From Octopus sinensis (taxonomy: Eukaryota): a stretch of 64,000 bases of DNA. Each line of letters begins with the position of its first letter. The stretch's first letter is position 1. Under the pieces are notes generated by a model, which saw only the letters and a program-made list of their open reading frames with translations, was not told the DNA's origin and did no database searches. Position numbers and translations under genes: made by a program. Shown one piece after another: positions 1 through 12,155 of this stretch. Location of the stretch: the NCBI RefSeq assembly GCF_006345805.1, contig NC_043019.1, positions 12,523,360 to 12,587,359 of the forward strand, written 5' to 3'.

Positions 1-530
1 ATATATACATAGAAAAGACAGTAAGGTGTGATTTGGGGGAAATTTGGCTGCTATTTCTACCAGGTCTAGCTACCATGTAGAGGTCCCCCTCATTGGCTCA
101 TATATATATACATACATAAGACAGTAAGGTGTGATTTGAGGGAGATTTGGCTGCTGTTTCTACCAGGTCTGTTAGGCCTTCTCATGTAAACTCAAGCTTT
201 CTCATGCCTTGAACATAAGACCAAAGCAGAGAATGTATTCTTTTATTCTTCTGCTTTTTCCAGCCATTGGTCTGTGGCCATGCTGGGGCAATGCCTTGAA
301 GAATTGTAGTTTAATGAATCAACTCCACTTTTATTTTTGTAAGCATTGTACTTATTCTATCTGTTTCCTTTGTCAAACCACTAGGTGACAGGGATGTAAA
401 CAACCAACATTCGTTGTCAAGCAGTGGTGGAGGACAATCACAAGCACAGACACGCACACACACACACATACATGCATACACATATACACACATACATACA
501 TACATATATATATATGTGTGTATATATATA

Positions 531-789
531 TTGCAGCGTGGAAGGTGTTTGTAAGCCATTTAAGAAACACAAAAAAACCGTTACATTCACTTCAACATTT
601 AAATTTAATTTGCCAAAATATTTTCGTCGCTTTGAGACCGCGACCTCTTCACTGACAAAAATATCGTGCTAACAGGTCGCAGTCACAAAGCGATGAAAAT
701 ATTTTGACAAATTAAATTTAAATGTTGAAGTGAATCTAACGGTTTTTGTGTGTTTCTTAAATGGCTTATAAACACCTTCAACGCTGCAA
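531..789. mobile_element. Fold-back MITE with ~105-bp terminal inverted repeats
   Basis: TTGCAGCGTGGAAGGTGTTTGTAAGCCATTTAAGAAAC... at the left end mirrors ...GTTTCTTAAATGGCTTATAAACACCTTCAACGCTGCAA at the right end; short central spacer; no ORF. Confidence 0.85.
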
Positions 790-955
790 CTGTTTTCGTT
801 CCAGCGCACGATCTCAGATCAAGTCACTTGCTATGCAAGTACATCTCTGTAACTATATATATTTATATATATATATATATATATATGTATATTGGTAAAA
901 ACATTAAGATAACAAAAGAAAGAAAGAGACCTCAATATTATGTAAATAGAGGAAA

Positions 956-1349
956 TCTTTATATATAAAAGTGAGGTTGTGTGTCTGTCTCCTACGATTT
1001 AGATTCCTAACTACTCCCACATTTTGCGGTGCAGTTTAACCAAAACCGGGTATCTTATAGTCGTGATTCATATCGAGACCGTCTGGGTATTAGCGCGCGT
1101 CTACGATGAGTCTACGATTTTAAAAAAATTTACCATCAATTTTTCCCATTTTTAATCCATTTTTGACATATATAAGGGAAGTAACTCTCTAAAATTTATT
1201 ATTAAATCTCAGAACGTAAAAAGCTACAGTAACACCCCTCCCCCTTTGTGGTTAGCCATATTGAGATGGCTATTATACTTTACATCTCTAAAAATGCTTA
1301 TATAATTATTTCCCTTACAAACCCGAGCAACGCCGGGCGATACTGCTAG
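956..1349 (+). mobile_element. Non-autonomous Helitron (394 bp)
   Basis: Starts A|TCTTTATATATAAAAG and ends CCCGAGCAACGCCGGG (hairpin) CGATACTGCTAG|T: 5'-TC, 3'-CTAG, insertion between A and T, no TSD, the standard Helitron signature. Confidence 0.8.
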
Positions 1350-1476
1350 TATTACTATAAATGCTTCATACTACATGCATTATATGTGTTAGTAATAGTT
1401 TCACGTACATAAGAATGTTCACCTGTGCCTGATATACGTACTTATGTATTTGCACATACAATGCTTATATATATAG

Positions 1477-1960
1477 GTGTAGGTATGGCTGTGTGGTAAG
1501 AAGTTTGCTTCTCAACCACATGGTTCTGGGTTCAGTCCCACTGCATAGCACCTTGGTCCAGTGTCTTCTACTATAGCCTTGGGCTGACCAAAGCCTTGTG
1601 AATGGATCTGGTAGACAAAAACTGAAAGAAGCCCTCCATATGTATGTAATGTATGTATATAATGTATGTATGTAACGTATGTATGTATATAATGTATGTA
1701 TGTAACGTATGTATGTATATAATGTATGTATTGTATGTATGTAATGTATGTATTTATGTCTGTATTTGTCCTGCCACCATCACTTGTCAACCGATTCTGG
1801 TGTGTTTATGTCCCTGTAACTTAGTGGTTTAGCAAAGCAGACTGATGAAATAAGTACTGACAAAGAATAAGTCCTGGGGTTGATTTCATCAACTTAAAAC
1901 CCTTTAAGACGGTGCTCCAGCATTGCCGGTGTCAAATGACTGAAACAAGTAAAAGAATAA
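1477..1960 (+). mobile_element. Composite tRNA-derived SINE, family A (head + CORE-like segment + internal microsatellite + 3' module)
   Basis: A-box-like TGGCTGTGTGG, B-box-like GGTTCAGTCCC, internal (TATG)n, 3' module ending GACTGAAACAAGTAAAAGA; many near-identical copies in the window. Confidence 0.85.
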
Positions 1961-2545
1961 AAAAAACGCGTGTGTGTGTGTGAGAGAGAATGTTTGCAAA
2001 ATTGTGCCAGGGCTTCAGTGACCAACAGAGATGTCACTGTTTGTGATTAATCCATGAACAGTGGTGGTTGTTGACGTTTCTTGTCAACATATCTTCCGCT
2101 AGATATGTTCTTTTGAATTCCTCTATGTACACATATCTACATTTGCACACCCTCACCATAAGTTAAAAAAAGAAAAAAAGGAAGAAAAAAAAGCACACAG
2201 ACATATTGGACAATGTTGACCTTGTTGTATACAAAATGACAGGGTGATTATGACTAGAACTTCTATAACCCTAGTCAGTTTTTTGAATTCATTTTGAGTT
2301 CAAACACTGCTGAAGTCAACTTCACCTTTCATCCTTTTGTGGCCAATAAAATAAGTAACAGTTGAGTGTTGGGGTTAATGTAGGAGTGGCTATGTGGTAA
2401 GTAGCTTCCTTACGAACCACATGGTTCCTGGTTCAGTCCCACTGCGTGACACCTTGGGCAAGTGTCTTCTACTATAGCCTCTGGCTGGGAAGCAAGGTTT
2501 TAACCACACAACCACACCTGTACCTAAAACATATACATACATACA

Positions 2546-3345
2546 TTTTTTTTTTTATTATGGCTACCCCGTCGTTATCGAGTATGGCCATTGCACGAAG
2601 CTTAACTGTTACTGGTGCTGTGATCGAATGTGACTTTTTAGCCCAGCTAAAGATCTACAATGTCTTGTACAGAATTGGCAGCTAAAACCTTTACCAGTAA
2701 TAGCCGGCTGTAGTTGTAACTGGGCTTCATGTACCTTTGCATGTCGTTTAAGTCCTCCTGCCGAATTACACTCTCTTCCACATGCCCAAGAGACATGATT
2801 AGTATGGTGTGTTACACCACCACCAGTGGCCAGGTTGTCACTCATCTGTCTCGCTTTATGACTACGAAGATGACTCTTGAGTCCAGCTTTACTGAGGCAG
2901 GGTCTTGCACAGACACTGCATGTCAGCATCATAGGAAGACCCTTCCCATCTGGAAGTGTAACAGCGATGCCCTTCCTGACATCCTCCTTACTTTCTCCTG
3001 TGCAACTCGAAATTCTGAAAAGTAGCTGTCCCCTCGTGCACAATCCTTCTCCACCTGCTACGATCAATAGCTATGCCTTCCCATGTGTCAGGAGAGATGC
3101 ACAGACACTGCATGTCAGCATCATAGGAAGACCCTTCCCATTTGGAAGTGTAGCAGCGATGCCCTTCCTGACATCCCTCCTTACTTTCTCATGTGCGACT
3201 CGAGATTCTCAAAAATAGCTGTCCCCTCGTGCACAATCCTTCTCCACCTGCTACGATCAATAGCTATGCCTTCCCATGTGTCAGGAGAGATGCAAGCATC
3301 TCTTAAGGAAGCCTTCAGTAAGTCCTTATATCTCTTTTTTGGTTT
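2546..3345 (-). mobile_element. 5'-truncated RTE-clade LINE 3' end with three C2H2 zinc fingers, short 3'UTR and poly(A)
   Basis: Minus strand reads KPKKRYKDLLKASLRDACISPDTWEGIAIDRSRWRRIVHEG (RTE ORF C-terminal motifs), then CSVCARPCLSKAGLKSHLRSH, a degenerate WACGRECNSAGGLKRHAKVH, and CQFCTRHCRSLAGLKSHIRSQH; stop at 2609-2611; poly(A) near 2546-2556; internal ~192-bp duplication and frameshifts. Confidence 0.9.
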
Positions 3346-3361
3346 ATGTATATATATGTGT

Positions 3362-3747
3362 GTGGAGGCACAATGACCCAGTGGTTAGGGCAGCGGACTC
3401 GTGGTCATAGGATCGCAGTTTCGATTCCCAGACCGGGCGTTGTGAGTGTTTATTGAGCGAAAACACCTAAAGCTCCACGCGGCTCCGGCAGGGGATGGTG
3501 GTGATCCCTGCTGTACTCTTTCACCACAACTTTCTCTCACTCTTACTTCCTGTTTCTGTTGTACCTGTATTTCAAAAGGGCCGGCCTTGTCACTCTCTGT
3601 GTCACGCTGAATATCCCCGAGAATTACGTTAAGGGTGCACGTGTCTGTGGAGTGCTCAGCCACTTACACGTTAATTTCACGAGCAGGCTGTTCTGTTGAT
3701 TCGGATCAACCGGAACCCTCGTCGTCGTAACCGACGGAGTGCTTCCA
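3362..3747 (+). mobile_element. tRNA-derived SINE, family C (Arg-like head, RTE-like tail)
   Basis: GTGGAGGCACAATGACCCAGTGGTTAGGG...GTTTCGATTCCC head; tail CTCGTCGTCGTAACCGACGGAGTGCTTCCA; near-identical copy at 6003. Confidence 0.85.
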
Positions 3748-4264
3748 TATGTATGTGTAAATATTTTTAAAACAGATATGGAAGTATGGCCCATGCTTCT
3801 GCCTGGTCAGTCCCTGTGAAACCTTCCAACCCATGCTGACATGGAAGGAAGATGTTAAACGATGACACACACACACACACACGTATACACACATTCACAC
3901 ACACACTGTTATCTAAATAAGGAAGCAAACACATTGGACAGTGTTGTCCTTGTTATATATTAAATGACTGGCTGACTGTGTCTAGAGCTTCTATAATTCT
4001 TTAATCATCATTCTGCTCAGTCAGGGCTGACCAGGAACTTAACGACAAACCATACATGCTTTCATTAATAAAGTGTTTATACATTCACGAACTCATTAGC
4101 ATGCAAACACCATCGTTATAACGTTACATCCTGTAATTTATTATTGGCTCTGTTGTTCTGCTGAACGCTTGGCCTTCGGATTATTTTTAATCATATACTG
4201 ATGACTGGGGTTTTGTATTTATTTATTCGTGTTATCATATCATATCTTCAGGGTCATAGTTAAC

Positions 4265-4854
4265 AGATCTTTACCTTTTGACCTACAGGTTTTAAAAATA
4301 ATTTTTTGTAACTAAACACTTTCAAACTGGTAGAATGTGTTATATAAAACATCTTTTACTCTCAACTTTTTTGAGAAAAGTTTATATTTACAAAGTTATT
4401 TCGTGTTAGAGTTGTCGTATTTCGGTAATTTCAACCAATCAATGACATGTATTCAGCTGAATAAAATTACTGCCGTTGTTTGTCGACGGTGTATTTTTCA
4501 TTTGTCACTGTTATTTATGACATCGTTTGTGCATTTGCACTGGTTTTAGATTTAAGGTTAGGGTTTTGGGGTTAGGGTTAGGGTTCTCATAAGTAACAGT
4601 GACAAATGAAAAATACACCGTGGGAAGTTCTTGTTGACAAACAACAGCAGTAATTTTATTCACGTCATTGATTGGTTGAAATTACCGAAATAGGACAACT
4701 TTAACATGAAATTATTTCGTAAATATAAGTTTTTCTCAAAAATGCTAAGAGTAAAAGATGTTTTATATGGCACATTCTACCAGTGTCCAAAGTTTGAAAG
4801 TGTTTAGTTACAAAAAATTATTTTTTAAATCTGTAGGTCAAAAGGTAAAGATCC
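4265..4854. mobile_element. Fold-back element with ~250-bp TIRs and central TTAGGG repeats
   Basis: AGATCTTTACCTTTTGACCTACAG... mirrors ...CTGTAGGTCAAAAGGTAAAGATCC; centre has TTAAGGTTAGGGTTTTGGGGTTAGGGTTAGGGTT; a solo right arm recurs at ~12540-12685. Confidence 0.85.
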
Positions 4855-5771
4855 TAATTAAGATTTCAAGCATTTTGCTTGAAATGAACTTCTAATGTTG
4901 CTGTTGTTTTTAGCCCCTTGATGGGCTCTGGCTGTTTGACCAGTCCCTGATAAAAGGTTTACAAAGTATGGCTGTCCCATCTTTTTCTCAAGCACTACAC
5001 AACTAGGGAAAGGGCAAACAATCGGCAGGGTCATAAGAGCGTTGGATAGAAAGCATTATTGTACTTATTTCCAAAATTAGCATTCTGAGTTCAAATCCTG
5101 CCTTGGTCAACTTTGCCTTTCATTCTTTCATCATCATCACCATCATCATCATTGTCATTGTTTTACGCCCACTTTTCCATATTTGCATAGATTGGACAGA
5201 ATTTGTTGAAACAAATCTTGTACTGCTGGATGGCTTACCTGTCTCCAGTTCTCACCTGCTTCCATGTTATGTAATATTACCTGATGGCTAAAGTGGTGAA
5301 CTGGCAGAACTGTTATCACGCTGGGTGAAATGCTCAGTGGCATTTTGTCCATCTTAATGTTCTGAGTTCAAATGCCACCATGGTTGACTTGGCATATTAT
5401 CCTTTCTTTGTCATCATCACCATAATCATCATTTTAATGTCCACGTTTCTGTATTTGCATGGGTTGGACAGAATTCATCAAGGGCAGCTGAACCATGTGG
5501 TCATTTTACGGACTCATTTTACCACAGCAACGGCATATGTAGACGCTGTGTGTGTCTGTGTTGAGGGGAGAGGTGACTTTCTTGGTCAATTGGCTCGTAG
5601 GAGTATGAAAGACATGGGCCTCTGGCTGCTATTTCTAGCAGACTGAGTGACCATATTGAGATATACAGGTCCCATCCCACCTCAACAATGGTGTTTGTAG
5701 ATATTGCGTAGGTGGGTGGGGATAGGCAAGGCATCTCATCTTCGTTCATGCATGAAAACACACATGAATAA

Positions 5772-5802
<31 letters not shown>

Positions 5803-6002
5803 GCAAATAAGAAAATGGAGATATATATATAATGTATGTATATATGTTAACATTCAGGCAATAAAACCTAGAAACCAAGACTTGAGCTTGTTATTCAAGG
5901 GCTTGGCCTTATTATTCACAGATACACCCACACACAGACTTACAAACTGCGCACATGTACACAAACACTCAGAAATGTGCACGTGCACACACACACACAC
6001 GT

Positions 6003-6388
6003 GTGGAGGCGCAATGGCCCAGTGGTTAGGGCAGCGGACTCGCGGTCATAGGATTGCGGTTTCGATTCCCAGACCGGGCGTTGTGAGTGTTTATTGAGCG
6101 AAAACACCTAAAAGCTCCACGAGGCTCCGGCAGGGGATGGTGGTGATCCCTGCTGTACTCTTTCACCACAACTTTCTCTCACTCTTACTTCATGTTTCTG
6201 TTGTACGTGTATTTCAAGGGGCCGGCCTTGTCACTCTCTGTGTCACACTGAATATCCCCGAGAACTACGTTAAGAGTGCACGTGTCTGTGGAGTGCTCAG
6301 CCACTTATATGTTAATTTCATGAGCAGGCTGTTCCGTTGATTTGGATCAACCGGAACCCTCGTCGTCGTAACCGACGGAGTGCTTCCA
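6003..6388 (+). mobile_element. SINE family C, full-length copy
   Basis: Colinear with 3362-3747; flanked by (CA)n tracts. Confidence 0.85.
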
Positions 6389-6421
<33 letters not shown>

Positions 6422-6880
6422 TATAAAGCCCAATACATATAGAACCACTACAAAAGAAATAATGGGTCATGTTTGCTGCCTTGTACACAATATACACACA
6501 CACAAATATACACATGTATATGCTGTAGGCTAGAGTTTGCGGGCATTCTGAAAATACCCAATGGAGTGACAACTATGCTCTGTGTAGTTAAGGGCTTCCC
6601 TTTGGCAAGGCATAGCACCCTTTCAGCTGCCTTGCCTGAGATATGGCGAAGTCATGGGACCGTAGCATGGTGGATTGTGACAAGGTTGTGGAAGAGCTCA
6701 GCTGAGCCCTCATTGCCTCTAATATTGTTGCTGGGCAGAGAGGAACCCTAGAAGATCAGGGTTAGGGTCAGAATCACGAAGCTCTATGAAGAGAGTAACT
6801 GCAATATATCCATAGGGGTACCTTTCATCCTTAGGGGGTTGACGAAATAGGTACAAGTGAAGGTACCATAGTACCATAGA

Positions 6881-7115
6881 AGGCGGCGAGCTGGCAGAAT
6901 CGTTAGCACACCGGGCGTATTGCGTAGCCGTATTTCGTCTGCCGTTACGTTCTGAGTTCAAATTCCGCTGAGGTCGACTTTGCCTTTCATCCTTTCGGGG
7001 TCGATTAAATAAGTACCAGTTATGCACTGGGGTTGATGTAATCGACTTAATCTGTTTGTCTGTCCTTGTTTGTCCCCTCTGTGTTTAGCCCCTTGTGGGT
7101 AGTAAAGAAATAGAA
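6881..7115 (+). mobile_element. tRNA-derived SINE, family D (Meta/MESC-domain-like centre)
   Basis: GGCGAGCTGGCAGAA...GAGTTCAAATTCC head; GTCGACTTTGCCTTTCATCCTTTCGGGGTCGATTAAATAAGTACCAG resembles the Meta-SINE domain as I recall it; copies at 59054, 61010, 61800, 62200. Confidence 0.75.
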
Positions 7116-7635
7116 ATAAGTACCAGTGAAGTATTGGGGTTGCTGTAATCAACTAACCCCCAGCCCTTAAATTCCATGCCTTGTGCCTATAGACAAAAGG
7201 ATTATTATACCATTAGTCTGTCTCTTTCTCTTTTCCTCTTTCTCCCTCTTCTTCTTTTCATCCCTTCCTCTTTATAATAATAATAACATTAATAATAATA
7301 ATAATGGACAAAATACCACTGAGCATCATAGCCATGTGTTGAGAGGGATTCTTGGAGGTTTGGATAATTCACCTCTGGAAACATGGTTGTTTCTTTCAAC
7401 ATCCTTAAACAACCCTTATTCAAGGACCTTTTGAGCGGGATGGGTTACTCAACCCGAATAAAATTTTAACTGGGTCCCACCTGCAAGGTCATGTACTGTT
7501 TATCTTGATATAAGATCATATGGTTGTGATGCATGTGCCTAGTGTACCCTTATCAGACGGGTAGTCATGATAGGTATACTGGGCTTCATATATATTACCC
7601 CAGTATCACTTTGATGGCATGCACTGCTCTCTCAC

Positions 7636-7672
<37 letters not shown>

Positions 7673-7945
7673 AATTATTGTATACAGTGCTTAGGTGCAC
7701 CATGACTTGTCAAAATGCGTATAAAGCATATGCAGTAATGTACAAATGTCTGGAAAGTGAACAGTGTATGAGTCAGACACATGCTTGCGTGTGTGTATGG
7801 AGGGGAGAAAATCAGGTGTAGTGTTGGCAAATCTCAGGAAGCATGGAAGTTTCGAAGGATGCAGTACTCCGACAACTAACAACTGATGCCGGCAGTTTGT
7901 TCCATACTTCAGCAACTCTTAGCGTGAAACAATGTTCTTTCTCTG
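7636..7945 (-). mobile_element. CR1/L2-type LINE 3' fragment with (ATT)n tail
   Basis: Minus strand EHCFTLRVAEVWNKLPASVVSCRSTASFETSMLPEICQHYT* matches the CR1-type C-terminal FF..RV...WN.LP..VV pattern. Confidence 0.75.
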
Positions 7946-8156
7946 TATTTTGTCCACGCTTCAGTTTTAAAAATAATACCTTCTGCTAGTTCTAATTTAA
8001 TCAACAATAGATGTACTGTTTAATTTTTTCAAGCAATATAAAAGCCTCATTTTCTTTTTCAAGAGGAAAGTTTATTAACCAAAGAAAAAAAAAAAATCTG
8101 AAAAAGATAGATGTAAATAAAATAAACAGGTACATGTTTTCTTTTACAGGAAGAGT

Positions 8157-8188
<32 letters not shown>

Positions 8189-8385
8189 GTTTAACGTCCG
8201 CTTTCCATGCTGGCATGGGTTGGATGAGCTGACTGAGGACTGGCGAACCAGATGGCTGCACCAGGCTCCAATCTGATCTGGCAGAGTTTCTACAGCTTGA
8301 TGCCCTTCCTAACACCAACCACTCCGAGAGTGTAGTGGGTGCTTTTACGTGCCACCGGCACATGGGCCAGTTATGCGAACTGCTA
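8157..8385 (-). mobile_element. SINE family B with (GAT)n tail
   Basis: Plus strand (CAT)nCGTTTAACGTCCGCTTTCCATGC...GATGCCCTTCCTAACACCAACC...TTTTACGTGCCACCGGCA; other copies at ~13119, 19201, 25540, 28845, 50865 (-) and 9355, 26620, 41640, 58360 (+). Confidence 0.8.
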
Positions 8386-9522
8386 AGTAACGGGCATGTA
8401 AACACACCAGCATCAGTTGTCAAGTGATATTGGGGGGGACAAACACACACACACGTACATATATATATATATATACATATATACGATGGGCTTCTTTCAG
8501 TTTCCGTCTACCAAATCCATTCACAAGGCTTTGGTTGGCCTGAAGACACCGTGGCTTGACAACTGGTGTTAGTTTGTTTACATCCCCATAACTTAGCAGT
8601 TTGGTATATGAGATTGATAGAATAGGTACCAGGCCCCAAAACACACAAAAAAAAAAAAAATTAGTGCTGAGAGTTGATTTGTTTCACTTAAAAACCCTTC
8701 TTCAAGGCAGTGGCTCAGCATGGCCCCAGTTCAATAACTGAAAGAAGTAAACGTTAAAAATGTATTACCTCTCCGTCTTTATCTAAAATAGTTTTCTCTT
8801 TCCTTTTCGACTGTACTCATACTCTCATACACCGTGTCACTCACAGTCCCACCCCACCACACACAATGTACACCCCCACATAATAGTTTTTCCAGTGTTA
8901 CGAATAACACAACTAAAAGAAAACGGAGGAAGAGAAAAAAAAGTAGACTAGAAAAGACTATAAAACTATTTTAAATAAAGAGTAGGGTAAGAAACCTTAG
9001 AAATAAACTAGTTGACAGTCCAGTTTTTCAGAATTTTCTCATAAACCTAATTATTTTATAAGTGCACTTCCACATATGTGAACACGCAAACTCACTTGTG
9101 CATGTGTGTCTTATATATCATTATTATCGTCATCATTTAATATCGGTTGAGTAGGTAGATAAACAGTTCCCTTTTGCTAGAATCTGTTAACTTTGGGCAC
9201 AGGAGTGGCTGTGTGGTAAGTACCTAGCTTACCAACCACATGGTTCTGGGTTCAGTCCCACTGCATGGCACCTTGGGCAAGTGTCTTCTACTATAGCCTC
9301 GGGCCGACCAAAGCCTTCTAATTGGATTTGGTAGATGGAAACTGAAAGAAGCCCGGCGTTAGGAGGGGCATCCAGCTGTAGAAACACTGCCAGATCTGAC
9401 TGGCCTGGTGCAGCCTTGGGCTTCCCAGACCCCAGTTGAACCGTCCAACCCATGCCAGCATGGAAAGCGGACGTTAAACGATGATGATGATGATGATACA
9501 TATATATATATATATGTATGTG

Positions 9523-9578
<56 letters not shown>

Positions 9579-9779
9579 TGTGTTTGATCCCCCAACATCG
9601 CTTGACAACTGATGCTGGTGTGTTTACGTCCCTGTAACTTAGTGGTTTGGCAAAAGAGACCGATAGAATAAGTCTTGGGGTCGATTTGCTCGACTAAAGG
9701 CGGTGCTCCAGCATGGCCACTGTCACATGACTGAAACAAGTAAATGAGTGTATATATATATATATATATATATATATTT

Positions 9780-9812
<33 letters not shown>

Positions 9813-10849
9813 CAGACATTGCAGATACATATACACATAAGATGCTCACACATAAACAAAGAGAGAGAGAGAGAAAATGAGAAAAACAGTGAAATGTCTG
9901 ATGTCAAATAAATTTGCCTGGAATTAGCAAATGCCAAATAAGTATTCGTCTGCTCACAACTCCAGATACACTCGAAACGGTTAAGTGACAAAGTGCCATA
10001 TTCGCTTGCAAGTGCCGGCTAAGCTTATTCAACACATTTCATACCTATCAAAAATGGTTTCCTTTTCTCGTAAATTAATTAGCAAAATCTGTTTTTATAT
10101 CAGATAACTCTCATAAACCTGCCTTCAGCTATTTTATAGCGATTGTAAATTCACACAAATGTACTTCTCCGAGTTCATGGAATAACGCTTCACTTTGTAT
10201 GAATTGATTTGCTTGACTTGTCAGAGTACGACTCACAAATTTCCCTTTTCCTTTTATGTTATTTATTTAGAGCAAGTCAATTTAACATGGATTGTTATTT
10301 CCCCCGAGGTATACCTAAGTTGTATAACAGTATGACAGTTAGGTCATTGAACCATTATGAAAGCCATCAACTTCATTTAGCCTTGTAATTGAAATTAAGT
10401 CTTGAGAAACTGTGGGGAATCTTTTTATTAGATTGACTGTTTTTTTTTTGTTTTTTGTTTTTTGTTCTCATTATTGTCATTGATACTATTTCTATGAAAC
10501 ACCGCAGTTGCTGTCATGACTATGACAACCAGAATTGCAGTCACCAACAACATAAAAGCCATCAATACCAATATCAACCGCCAATATAGCCACAAACACC
10601 ATCATCACAACCACTGCCAACACCAACACTATAGCTACCGCCACCACCAATGATGACATCACAGCTCTCACTACTACTAACCACCACCACCACTATCCAA
10701 CCAGCACCTACACTACCATCACAGCTACCAGCATCACAGCCACCACCACCACCATCACAACAGCAACAAATTCGGCCATACAATGGTTTAACATAATAGC
10801 AATGAAATACATAAAATAAATAAAATAAAATAAATGCGCCCTTTTTAAA

Positions 10850-11315
10850 GCCTAGCCAGGCTCATGGGCCCGGGTTCCTGGTTTCTATGGCGTATGTGTT
10901 CCTTAGCTGGACGGGACGCCAGTCCATCGCAGCATTACTCATTTTTGCCAGTTGAGTGGACTGGAGCAACTTGAAATGAAGTGTTTTGCTCAAGAACACA
11001 ACGTGTCGCCTGGTCCAGAAATCAAAACCACAACCTTACGATCATGAGTCCAACACCCTAACCACTAAGCCATGCACCTCCACTTTGTAAAGATGAAAGT
11101 ATTGCTCGAGAATACAACGCATTGCCTGGTCCAGGAATCAAAACCACAATCGTGCGATCATGAGTCCAACACCCTAACCACTAAGCCATGCACCTCCACT
11201 TTTTAACGATGAAAGTATTGCTCAAGAATACAACGCGTTGCCCGGTCCAGGAATCGAAACCACAATCTTACGATCATGGTGCTGACACTCTAACCACTAT
11301 GCCACGGGCCTCCAC
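10850..11315 (-). mobile_element. SINE (CORE-like head, V-domain-like body) with triplicated tRNA-derived head
   Basis: Three tandem copies (~117-bp period) of GTGGAGGTGCATGGCTTAGTGGTTAGGGTGTTGGACTCATGATCG... on the minus strand. Confidence 0.8.
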
Positions 11316-11738
11316 AACGAAACACATAAATGACTAAATATAACAATGATGCTTCGTCTGCTCTTAAATCTCTTAAGTTAATAACCTTACTCCTCCATTT
11401 ATCATAGCATCACCAGTAAACACGAAACCCAAGCATTAGGTCTACATATTCCGAGACACTTAGTATCCACAAAGACATTTGTTCACTTCAATCTGTGACA
11501 TGAATGCACAAGCACTCTCAAGGTAATACAAAATCTCTGCTATAAATTACAAACACATCAGAAGCAGCTATTGTGAAGAGGTTTATGGCCATACTGAAAT
11601 CGTTTTTGTTATTGTTATTGAGTATGGCTATTCTAGGTCAGGTTTGTGTGTGCTGTCGATTGTCGATGTCGTTTAACACCAGGTCAGACCTGCTTGATTG
11701 AGGCTGACCTATGTATGATTAAAGACATTCCACTTCTA

Positions 11739-12155
11739 ACAGGAGTGGCTGTGTGGTAAGTAGCTTGCTTACCAACCGCATGGTTCCGGGTTCATTCCCA
11801 TTGCGTGGCACCTCGGGCAAGTGTCTTCTACTATAGCCTCGGGCCGACAAAAGCCTTGTGAGTGGATTTGGTAGACGGAAACTGAAAGAAGCCCATCGTG
11901 TATATGTATATATGTATGTATGTGTGTGTATATGTTTGTGTGTCTGTGTTTGTCCTCTCTCCCCAATATCGCTTGACAACCAATGCTAGTGTGTTTGCGT
12001 TCCTGTAACTTAGCGGTTTGGCAAAAGAGACTGATAGAATAAGTACTAGGCTTACAAAGAATAAGTCCTAGGGGGGCGATTTGCTCGACTAAAGGCAGTG
12101 CTCCAGCATGACCGCAGTCAAATGACTGAAACAAGTAAAAGAGTTTTAAAAGAGT
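11739..12155 (+). mobile_element. SINE family A, full-length
   Basis: Same modules as 1477-1960. Further copies at ~13925-14285, 18233-18625, 27490-27882, 32050-32425, 34868-35257, 52620-53000 (+) and 23336-23745, 55805-56228, 56940-57350 (-). Confidence 0.9.

Noticed and set aside
3362-3440. tRNA genes at SINE heads (also 6003, 10975-11315 and others)
   Set aside because: A/B boxes are present but no complete cloverleaf; each continues directly into a repeated SINE body.
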